Assembly: GCF_000143415.4 (NCBI RefSeq)
Contig: NW_003314276.1
Location: 1,402,696 to 1,466,695 of the forward strand
DNA length: 64,000 nucleotides
Origin: Selaginella moellendorffii
Taxonomy: Eukaryota; Plantae; Lycopodiophyta
Direction of reading: 5' to 3'
The position numbers were made by a program, and so were the translations under genes. Below, piece after piece: positions 40,235-50,976 of this stretch (its first letter is position 1; each line of letters begins with the position of its first letter). The notes under the pieces were generated by a model. That model ran no database searches. It was not told the origin of the DNA and saw only the letters and a list, made by a program, of their open reading frames with translations.

Positions 40235-41456
40235 GACAACCGGACTCGCTAGCGAATGTGCACTGTGTGTGCAGCGGATCGTAGCAGCAAGGCTACTCTG
40301 CCACTTACAGTTGGAGAGTGGCACTGAAATCTCCCGGGACGCAAAGTGGGCTGCGTGTGGGTGGCGGAGTGGGCGGCGGAGTTGGCGGCGAAGTTACAAA
40401 CTGGGTGTGTCTTGAAGTGGATGCCGATGCACACGAGCGCGATGCAAGCACGAGTGTGATGCAAGCGCGAGTGGACGCCGATGCACACGAGAAACCTGTG
40501 GAGAAGTGGGAGCGCGAGTGGGAGCGCGATGCGAGCGCGAGTGTGCGAGCGTGAGTACGAAGCAAAATGCAAAACCTAACTTCACACGCGTGAAATGTCA
40601 CGACGGTTGGTAATCCCGCCACATCATCATTCCTCGGACTTGGGCGCCACCATTAATTTCTGGATCGGCGCGCGCATGCGTGAAATCCAAAAGAAATCCG
40701 CAACGTCATCATTCCTCGGACTGCATGCACGCGAAATCCAAAAGAAAGATCATGATTGGGATATCATTTAATACCCTCGCTATATTTATACCATGCATGA
40801 TTAGATATTCCAAAGCATCTTGTATTTCCAAAAATGCCAGATGTTCAGCTAAATAAATTGTCAGAGGATTTGATGTGACGTTCAAGCGTGTGGGCTCATG
40901 CAATTTTGATCCCAAAAAATGCACCAAAAAATGCTCGGCGTCATTTGGCGTTATCTCTTGAATGGCGTGGGACCGCATGCCATTTTCAAGAGCACATAGG
41001 AGTATATTCCTAGAATATTCTGACACGCGCGAGATTGTTTTGAGTTTCCTGGAGATCCAACCGTTAGATCGCAACTAGATTTTACAGAATGGTATACAAT
41101 GTCCTTCTTGATGACCCTGCAAAGAAGCATCTCGATCGAACACCACATGAGACCACACGAGCCTTACAATGTTTTAGGGGCATTTGCCATAGATCCGACC
41201 GTTATTTTGCTCCAAGATTCTACAGTTTGGTGTGCATTGACCTTTCCATCGACACTGCAAAGGGACATCATAATCAGATGCGGAATCACAAGAAACCAAC
41301 TTCACTAACTCTGGTTTCACCAAGATCTACGTAAGGAGTTATGAAATGAAAGGACCCTCTCTATTGAAATGTGTTTATGGTCCTAGGGGCATTGTGACAT
41401 ATCAAACGATTTTGCATCAAGTTCTGTATTTGCATGTTTATCAAGCTACTGAATTG

Positions 41457-41481
41457 CTAAACCCTAAACCCTAACCCTAAA
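41457..41481 (+). promoter_or_regulatory. Short telomere-like/telo-box repeat (AAACCCTA) between the divergent transposon genes
   Basis: CTAAACCCTAAACCCTAACCCTAAA. Confidence 0.45.
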
Positions 41482-42767
41482 CATGTGGCAAATGCTGCGT
41501 GAAGAAAGATGCCCTTTCTGGGCAAATGCTGTAAGAGGCAGATGCCAAGCAGATGTATCTCAGGCAAGCGAAGGGGACAAACGAAAGCTAGCTATAAACA
41601 TGACGGGATGCAAATAGATTACTAGGCTGGTCCTGCGAAAATCAAAAACCATAATTGAAAACATTGAAAATGCAAAAAGAAAGGTTTATAATATTTTTGA
41701 ATTTTAAGCAACCAAATGAATGTAAGTAGGGCATGTGTTTGTAAGTTTAAAAATGCCTCAACCACTTAAATTCCCAAGTAAATAAAGCTGTTTCTATTTT
41801 TGGTACAGGTAAACTTTATAGCATGTGGGCTCATGCAATTTTGAACCCAAAAATGCACCAAAAAATGCTCAACTAGCATTATTCTTTGAATGGCGTGTGG
41901 CCTTATATTGCCATAAATGGACGTACACACACAGCATAATTATTCCTTTACACGGCGAATAATCTTGGCGCGGATCGCTGACATGGCATGGCAAAGTTCG
42001 AATCACTGACATGGCACAGCTGGATCGAGGCAAGGACATGATGTGACAAAGTTCAACCTCCGACAGCAAAGTCTAGAAGCTACTCAGTTTGAAATTTGTC
42101 AGAGGAATCATAAGATCTGGTTTGTCAGAGGATTTGATGTGACGTTCAAGCGTGTGTTATTTTTGAATTCTCGAACTCATTCCTAGGTCTATCATTTTTG
42201 TGCGCCGTGTTCTTGGTTCCGCTGAGTGCAGTGAGCGCTGCTTGTGTAAGCGGCGTTGTGAGCTGTGGTTTATGCGTCTACAAGCGGTTGCGGCATTGCG
42301 AGCGCCATTGCGAGCGGCAGTTTATGCGAGTGGCAGTTTGTGTGAGCGGCGCTACGAGCAGTTGCGGTGTTGCGAGCGGCGCTACGAGTAGTTGCGGTGT
42401 TGCGAGCGGCACTGTCTTTGGTGTGGCTACCGCTTCCTCTTGATATTCGGCACTTGTGCTTCCTGGTATGTTCACCATGGAATGGTTTAGGACCACATTT
42501 AGAAATGGCATGAGGCCACATGCCGTCTTGGGCCCTTGCAATTTCATGGCTAGCGTATTGTCATGTATGTTTTTACTTGCCTGCAGCTGTGTGTATATCA
42601 AGATGGCATGAGGCCTCATGCCAATTTTGTGAATGCGAAATTTCACATGGGTGTCAATAGCATGTTTGAATAATGGCATGTGGCCTCATGCTATTTGGTA
42701 TGTTATGATTTAGGCCATTCTCCAATCATTTTTTGTATGGTCTTAACTTCTTTTCTGCACTTTCAGA

Positions 42768-45700
42768 ATGGCCTTCAGGGTTGGGGAAAAGGTTTACATT
42801 TTGAATGGTGGGAAGAGAGTTGCAAAAGGGACCCTTGTGTCTATGGATCGGAACTTTGTTATACACTGTCAAAGGCTTGGGGAAGGCAATGCTGCTGTAT
42901 CAGTAGAGACTGTCTTCGATGGGAATGTGGTTGCTATTGAACGAGGAGAGATGGTCGTCAGGGTAAATGTTGTTGTTGCCTTGAAAAATCTGCAGAAGAA
43001 AGCAGATGTTGGGGACAGCGCAAGTGCGACGCATGTTCCCTCCGTGGATCTTAAGAACCGTGCTACATGGATTCAGGCAAAGGTGTTTCTAAACAACCCC
43101 GAGGGGGAGGTGGTAGCTGAGGGCTTAGCCACAGTTGTCGATCCAAGAGATGCGGTTGCTAATCAAGAATTGGGCTGGGATGATATTGGAGTTGCGATTT
43201 TAGAGGTTGTTGACACAGAAGAAAACAGTCTAACTATTGGAAGCATTGTGCGGTGGAAATTGAGGCATTTAGTGTTTGAGAATGTGAAGGATTCACAATC
43301 AAACACCACTACAACTGATGACAAAACATCTCTTCATGGGAAAAGAAAGTACACCTTCCTACAGCGCAGCCAAAGGGATCTGAGCAACGAACCGAAAAGG
43401 CAGAAAATGGCGATGGAGGTTCGAATGGTCTCGACAGTTGCTTGTTGCAAGAGGAGGTGCTGTCAACATGCTGATTGGGATGCTATTGAAGAGGAGAGAG
43501 CAAGATACAAGACATTGTCCTGGAAGGCAGCTCGCAATTTTGTGTATGAGGCATTACGGTCATCTGTTGATGCTTCAGAACATCAGGTGGGGGGCATGGT
43601 CTTCCAGAGGGGTTTGGTCTGCATGAAGGCATGGAGAATCATTTATGGAGTCCTTCGAAGCACATTCTACAGAATCAAAACTGAGTTCGAGGAATAAAGG
43701 GTTCAACAGGCAGTCCATGGGAACGACGGTACGCACAAAACCAGGGGTCATGTTATATATGGAGAGGCAATCTTCAAGAGGTTTGTCGAGACATGTAGCG
43801 ACCACATAAAACCCGCCTCTTGGAAGATGGAACACGAGACACCCAACGAGTTCTCCCTTCCATGTATACCAAGGGGGCCATATTGGAAGATGTGAATCGG
43901 GAACTCCAGAGTAATGGCTACAGGAAGCTGAGCCAATCTAGATTTAGTAGATTGTGGAGCAACAGGTTCAGGGATGTGAGTATAGGAAAGTACTCCAGCT
44001 TTTCAAAGTGTGACGAGTGCACTGCTATCAAAATGGCTTTGTCGAAGAATTCTTGCAGCGCTCAAGAGCGAGAGACGTTGGTTAGAAGGCGGCTCGACCA
44101 CAACATCGAGCAGAGAAGCTGCAGGACTGCATATTATCATAACAGGATTCTCTCCATGGAGAGACCTGACTCTTACCTCTGCATCATCCACGACAAAATG
44201 GACCAGAAAAAGACGTGCTTACCTCGACTCAATCCTGCCCCCAAGGCAATCTCTTCATCCATGCAGCTGCCTGTGTCTCTGTTTGGCATAATCGCTCATA
44301 GGCATGGTGCCCAGAACTATGGGAACTTCTTTGTACCTCTATGGGGTGGCGGGGGTGCAAACATGATGATTGCGTCCCTAGCAAAACACTTAAGGTCTCT
44401 GCAAACTGCGCAAACTGAGCTGAACGGCCAACCCTTGCATAAGGCCCTTGTCGATCGAACCCCATACAGGGTTCAGCTGGAGGAGGAGCAAAGGCTTGCA
44501 GTATCGTGTGGGGCCCCATGCCATCCCAGTGAATATGTTGGCCGTCAGATTGTAGGGTTATCACGTGAGGCCTCATGCCATTCCGACGAGGCTAGTCGCC
44601 CGATGAATGCACAGCCTCATCCAAACGAAGCAGAATCTCAAGGAAGTTCTTGCGGCCGATGTGGCCTTCCACCCCATCTTCTGCTCCAAACAGACAATGC
44701 TGGTAGTGAGAACAAAAACATGTACGTCTTCGCGTATTTGGCGATGCTTGTTGCCAAAGGCATATTTGAAACGGTTACACTTGGCTTTCTCATGGTTGGG
44801 CACACTCATGAAGACGTCGATGCCATGTTCAGTCACCTGGCAGAGTCCCTCCGGCGATCCAATGTCCTCACCCTCCCACAACTCTACGATGAATTCCAAA
44901 ATTGCATCAAAGGCACTGTTGAAGCTGCACTTGTGACAGAGGTTCCAGACTTTAAGGGGTTTGTAAGAGGCTACATCAGGGACAGATCCGAAACCCTGAT
45001 TGGCCACTCCAAGCCTCTTCAATTTCATTTCAGCATGCGTGACGGTGCTCCAGTGATGAGGTACAAGATGAGAGAATGGGACACAGTGTGGCTGCCAGTG
45101 GATGGCATTGAACTCTTCAAGAGAGATCCCATAACTGGGGAACCTATGATTCCTCAGGGTTCCCCACGGCCGATGCACCCGGATGGACTCAAAGACCAGA
45201 AAAGTATAGTGGCCGGGATTAGACAGCATATTGCCTTCTGGAAGAGGGGGTTGGTGTTTGGTGGAGAATCCTATTTTAAGAGGTGCAAGCCTTTGCTCGA
45301 ATACTAGGAGAAGATTATATCTGCTATCCAAAATGGGCCGGTTGTATATGAAGAATTGGAAGAGTCCTTTTGGCCAGAACCCAGAGCACCAGATAGTAGC
45401 GGAACAATGTCCTCTGGAAATGCAGTGACAGATAACGATGTTGAGGATCACTATTGTGGGCCGAGGAACAAGAAGCCGGATTCAGCATTCAATCCAGTAC
45501 AGGTCTGCAAAGGAATGGTCGTGCTTGTCAGACCCAGTAATAAAAAACAAATGATATGGGTGGGGCGCTGCATCACTGATGCAGAGGAGGACGCGGAAAC
45601 TAACTCCTTCAATGTAACTGTGGAGTGGTTCAAGCCAAGTTCCGGATATACGAAGGATTGCCTAGAAAAGAGATGGGTGCTGAATCCAAGGGATCCCAGC

Positions 45701-45829
45701 ATGAGCATATCGGTGGATAATGTTGTGCATGGTTGGATGCGGAAGCAGAGTGCCACCATCACCTTGCCAGACCATGCAAGAGATGCAGCAAGAGCATTCA
45801 TAACCCGGGTTCAAGGTGAGATTCATTAA
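42768..45829 (+). pseudogene. Sola-type DDD transposase, ~1000 aa, disrupted (stop 43695, frameshift ~43815, stop 45305)
   Basis: CCKRRCC, VCMKAWRIIYGV, HGN and FSKCDEC, plus a catalytic triad in IIHDKMDQ / LQTDNAGSENKN / FLMVGHTHEDVDAMF. ATG lies just after a splice acceptor TTTCAG (probable 5' UTR intron). Confidence 0.8.
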
Positions 45830-46522
45830 TATTCCTTTACTAAGTTTCTAATGTATTTTATTTCAAGGTGAACAATCTGAATCTGAATCAGAGGAGGCGT
45901 GATGGCATGTGGCCCTTTGCACTAGTATATCTTAATACCAGTCTGAGAAATAGAATGGCATGTGCCCTCAAGCCTTTTACTAAATCACCTTTGAAAGAAA
46001 TGCAAGCCTCTATGTCGTAAAAAAAAGGTACTAGAGAAATTCCTTAATAATATGAATGTTATTTAGTTTCATGAAAATACACTAAGGGTCAAATGAGTTA
46101 AATGACTTCTCCAGACTAGCAATGCCTCTTGCTACACCTTCACAATTAGATTCGTTAGAAAAAGATAACATTGAATAATATCTAAATGTTCTCACCATTA
46201 AGTTATATGTCTGGCTAATAGGAATGACGTTCATCTTGGAAAGCTCACCACACGCTCAATGAACAAACAAATAGTGTGTGCGCGCATGCCATCGCTTTTC
46301 TTTAGCTTCAGATTCGGCTTGTTCACCTTGACAATGAGATTTATTATACAACCAGATGCACTCAGTCTGGACACAAAGTCACCGCGCTAGTCACCATGCC
46401 CCAGATATGTCTAGCCCCTGGACAAAAAACATATAATTTCACGTCATTTTCAAATACTTGAAAATTTGTACGTAGTCCCATTTTACTGAATAAATCCCAC
46501 TTTAACGAAATAAAGCTTACAT

Positions 46523-49416
46523 AAGATTGAGCTGGTCGAGGGTGCTGAGGCAGTGGTTCGTCCCCCTTATCGTTTGAACGAAAAAGAACTCAAGGAGCTC
46601 AAGTGCCAACTAGAGGAGTTGGTGGACAAAGGGTATGTTAGGTTGAGCAAGTCGCCGTATGGGGCGCCGGTGTTATTTGTGAAAAAGAAAGATGGATCTA
46701 TGCGCATGTGCATAGACTACCGGTTGCTCAACAAGTATACAAAGAAGAACAAGTACCCTTTGCCCAGGATTGAGGACCTGTTCGATAGGTTGGGAAAGGC
46801 AAAATACTTCTCGAGGATTGACCTAAGGGCAGGATACTACCAGATCAGGGTAGCCGAGGAAGATGTCGAGAAGACAACCTGTCGAACGAGGTCTGGGAGC
46901 TTTGAGTTTCTGGTGATGCCCTTCGGGCTATGTAATGCGCCGGTAACGTTTTCAGCGCTAATGAACCACATCTTTGTACCCTATCTGGATCACTTCGTGG
47001 TCGTCTATATCGACGACATCCTGATCTATAGCGAGACGCTAGAGGAGCATGCCGAACACTTGGCGAAGGTGTTTGAGAAACTAAGGGAACACAAGCTGTA
47101 TGCTAAAGAGAGCAAATGTGACTTTGCTCAACAAGAGGTAAAGTTTCTCAGGCATGTGGTGGGCCAGGACGGGCTCAAGGTGGACCCGGAGAAGGTCCAA
47201 GCGATCCAGGAATGGGAGCGACCATCCAATGTACATGAGTTGAGGGCATTCCTGGGGCTATGCAACTACTATCGAAAGTTTATCAGACACTATTCGAGAG
47301 TAGCCCTGCCCTTAACGGACCAAACAGGAAAAGGGAAGATGGTGTGGACAGCGGAATGCGAGGCGGCATTTGTCCACCTCAAGGGGAAGTTGAGGAAGGC
47401 TCCCGTATTGGCATTACCAGACTTTGGTAAGGACTTTGAGGTAGAAACGGATGCTTTGGACTTTGCATTGGGCGCAGTTTTGAAGCAAGACAACCATCCG
47501 GTAGCGTTCTTCTCGAAGAAGCTGCACAAGGCTCAACGGAAGTGGCCTGCCCACGAGAAGGAATTGTTTGCGGTGGTCAAGGCGCTCAAGGAGTGGCGAC
47601 CCTACCTTGGGAGACACTTCAAGGTTTACATGGACAATGTGGCAACGAAACACTTCTTGTCACAGCCCGACCTAAGAGGGAAACAAGGTCGGTGGGCCAA
47701 TGCCTTGGCCGAGTTTGATTACGAAATTCTGTACAAGCCTGGGAAGAGCAACATCGTGGCGGATGCGCTAAGTCGAAAAGCGAGCTTGAGGTTGGCGATA
47801 TCCAGCGCAATAGCAACCTTCTGGGACGATGTGCGGACAGCATATGAGAACGATGGTCTAGCACAAGAAGTGTTGCTGAGGAATCTAGAGGCGCGGGAAG
47901 CTCACCAGAGAGGTGAGCTGCCAACGGAAGAGAAAACGGGCTATGCGGAACGCAACGGACTCATATATTACAAGCAAACGAGGGTGTATGTCCCAGAAGG
48001 GGAACTAAGGAAGGTAGCCTTAGAAGAGTGTCATGACGGACCTCTTGCGGGACACAGTGGAGTGCCCAAGATGATGGGCTTACTCAAAAGGAAGTACCAT
48101 TGGCCAGATATGGCTAAGGACGTCCAAGACTATGTAAAGACATGTCCAACATGTCAGCAGGCAAAAGCCGTGACTAAGGCTAGTGGGGGCTTGTTGCAAA
48201 GCATCCCAATTCCAGATCGCCCGTGGAAATGTCTTACAATGGACTTCATCACGGGACTCCCCCCAAGCGAGGGGTTTGATGTGATATTCGTGGTGGTGGA
48301 CCGATTTTCGAAAATGGCACACTTCATACCCACCACAACGGAGGTGGATGCGGAAGGTGTGGCAAAGCTGTTCTTCGAACAAGTGGTTCGAGTGCGGGGA
48401 AGACCGGAAGAGATCATCTCAGATCGAGATAAGATCTTCACCAGTAGGTTCTGGAGGACTCTCCTGGAACAGTATCGCACCAAGTTGAAATTCAGCACAG
48501 CCTATCACCCACAGACAGGTATGGGGTATTGAGTCAAGTTGTTGGCACTAACACTTCTTGACAGACGGACAAACGGAAAGGGTGAATAGGCAGCTGGAGG
48601 ATTATTTGCGATGCTATGTCTCGGGAGACCAGACCGATTGGGTAAGTCATTTGGGACTTGCGGAAATGTGTTATAACAACTCACCACATTCGAGTATCGG
48701 GGTGAGTCCATGGGAAGTCATCAATGGGCGAGCTATTGAAGGTCCTATGGAACTCGGCGTGGCCGAGTATCATGGAGAGTTGCCCGCAGTGGAGGCATTC
48801 ACGGCGGAAAGACTCAGCATTTGGAATCTAGTGAGGGATTCCTTGGAACGGGCTCAACAAAGGCAAACCAAATACGCGAACCAGAAGCGTCGGGATGTAG
48901 AGTTCCAAGCTGGGGAGAAGGTGTGGCTGAACACCAAGAACCTCAGACTACCAAGTGGGATCAGCCGAAAGTTGACCCAAAGGTAAAGATGCATGTATTC
49001 CTGTAAATGAATTGATCTTGAGTTCCTTAAGCAGGTTCGCGGGGCCTTAGGAAATTGAGGCACGAATCGGTAAAGTGGCTTACCGACTCCGACTTCCTCG
49101 AGAGATGGGGAAGATGCATCCAGTGTTCCACGTGAACTTACTCAAGCCGTACTTTGAGGATCCGCTTCGCAAGGACCAAGTGAGACCTTTACCTGAGGTT
49201 ATCCAAGGGGAAGAGGAATACGAAGTCGAGGCCATCCTCAATGCGCGCAAGAGCAAGCGACAAGGACGCGAGGTGAGAGAGTTCCATGTGAAGTGGAAAG
49301 GATTTCCACACTGCGAAGCAACATGGGAACCGGAGGAGAACCTAGCGAACGCGCGAGATCTAGTGGAGGAATTTCTGCAAGGCAGAACTCTATGTACTTA
49401 TGCAAAATTCAATTAA
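46523..49416 (+). pseudogene. pol continuation: RT, RNase H, integrase (with two introns 48519-48564, 48983-49034), chromodomain
   Basis: [27 protein letters not shown] zinc finger, [16 protein letters not shown]|DGQTER, KLTQ|RFAGP*, EYEVEAIL...VKWKGF...TWEP. Stop at ~49047. Confidence 0.93.
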
Positions 49417-49819
49417 AAATATCAATTTGCAAAGTTGAGCAAGTGGCATATGTTGGGACCCAAAGGCGCGCCAAAGGTAAGCTAATTAGCATGGGTTGGA
49501 TAGGTCGACCAGGCGTAGGGCACTACGCCCGACTCCCCGCGGGGATGTCGAATCCGTAAACGTATTCTACGGAGGTTGGGTTCGAGTCCCAACCCCCTAG
49601 TAAAGCAAGGCTGGGTTCAAGTCCCGACCCCATACTAGGGCGTGGTGAGGTGAGGAGTATAGGGACACCTATATTCCGTTGTCATGGGCTCTTGGCCGGG
49701 GAGGCTAACTTAGGCACACCGCTAAGTGGGGGCATGCCCCCGGAGACATGGTCAACAAGTTGTAGGATAAAATGAGACGTTCGATGTGGGCATCGAACTT
49801 CTTCTATGGGTGGTGGAGT

Positions 49820-50976
49820 TGTAAGGAACCGACTCCCCGAGATGTCGTAGGCTAAAGGATCCCCAAAAGCTTGACCGAAATGACAAAGAGTTCATCGGAT
49901 GGGACCAAGTCTAGGATCGAGTCCAAGACCGACTCTAGGACCGAGTTCAAGATAGAGTCCGGAATCGAGTCCGAGACCGACTCGGGGACCGAGTTCGAGT
50001 CCGAGTTCGAGACCGAGTTCGAGACGGAGTCCGAGATCCGAAATCGGGTCCGAGACCGAGTCCGAGGTCGAGTCCGAGGTCGGGTCCGAGATCGGGTCCG
50101 AGATCGAGTCCGAGATCGAGTCCGAGACCAAATCCGAAGTCGGATCCGAAATCGGGTCCGAGATCGAGCCAGAGACTAAGTCCAAATACTAATACGGGTC
50201 AAGGGGTGAAAGCCCAAAGCGTGCGTCTCCCAGGGGGGGGGGCTGTAGGGGGTTCCAAAAGTATAGTAGGGATAGTGAGGTCCAGGAACCAGTTTTGAAG
50301 GGACTCTCCAGTTGGGCTTCCAAACCGACTTGAGGTTGAGACTGGGACCAAGGGGCCTTGGGTGGGAGTGAGCATGGACTTGGCTGGTGCCGGAGGGGCC
50401 ATCCAAGGAAGTGCTCAAGAGCAGCTCCCACTCCCGAAAGGGAAACCGATTGCGGTGCTCCCGGCTCATGTGGAGTAGTGCCCCACTTGAGTACCATGCG
50501 GCTCATTGGTCCTCGCCCTTCCTAGGGGCTTGGGCCTTCCTTCGGGATGGAAGTGGGGGGCGAGAGGTACCCATACTGGGCCGTTAGGCCACGGTGTTTC
50601 GCCCCGACGTCCCGAAGCAAGTGCTGCACCCAAGGCTTGGGATTTAGAGGGTCCCATGATCAAGTCTTGTGGTACCAAGGGGTGTTAGGAATCTGGAGGC
50701 TTGGTGTGCTTGGCTGCTTGTGCCTGCGGGGAGTGTAGCCGAACCTTAAGTCCAGTCTAACCCGGGGAGGGGGATTGGGAGAGATTTGGGAATCCATAGA
50801 TGGATGGCTAACACTCCGTTGCTCGTGCAGTGAGTAGCTGAAACCAAGTAGGACCAAGTAGGAGCTGGTACCATAGGCGAGAACCTTGGCGAGGGAACTT
50901 AGCACAAGCCAAGGCAGAGTTGGTCGGATAGACGAGGTAAGCTGGCAAAGTGGAAAGGAAAAATTTGTGGCTTACA
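49820..50976 (+). repeat. 3' LTR (1157 bp)
   Basis: Near-identical to 31056-32215, preceded by PPT and followed by TSD CCAAG. Confidence 0.97.

Larger units (their letters stand above)
34248..45976. repeat. Dispersed 22-bp palindrome family ATGGCRTGWGGCCWCAYGCCAT (>20 copies), confined to the DNA transposon
   Basis: Copies at about 34248, 34539, 35616, 35691, 36923, 37114, 37255, 38754, 40028, 40088, 40165, 40883, 40962, 41143, 41818, 41890, 42505, 42603, 42673, 44503, 44560, 45902, 45955. Confidence 0.9.
34153..46518 (+). mobile_element. 12.4-kb cut-and-paste DNA transposon, Sola1-like, with cargo gene
   Basis: TIRs AAGCTCTATTTCGTTAAAGTGGGA (34153-34176) and TCCCACTTTAACGAAATAAAGCTT (46495-46518), 23/24 match. 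TSD ACAT (34149-34152, 46519-46522). Excision restores pol ...[11 protein letters not shown]... Confidence 0.93.
31056..50976 (+). mobile_element. Young full-length Ty3/Gypsy chromovirus (family A) carrying a nested DNA transposon
   Basis: LTRs 31056-32215 and 49820-50976 (TGTAAG...CTTACA; about 12 transitions and a 3-bp G-run indel by eye). TSD CCAAG on both sides, PBS TGGTATCGGAGC at 32219, PPT GGGTGGTGGAGT at 49808. Confidence 0.97.

Noticed and set aside
41457-41481. Telomere or healed chromosome break
   Set aside because: Only ~3 units inside a transposon; better read as a telo-box or chance.
34248-45976. Palindromic repeats as a CRISPR array or MITE family
   Set aside because: Spacing is irregular (50 bp to >1.5 kb), there are no cas genes, the context is eukaryotic, and individual copies show no TSDs.
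49560-49640. tRNA gene
   Set aside because: Only T-arm-like hairpins. No D arm, anticodon arm or acceptor stem could be built.
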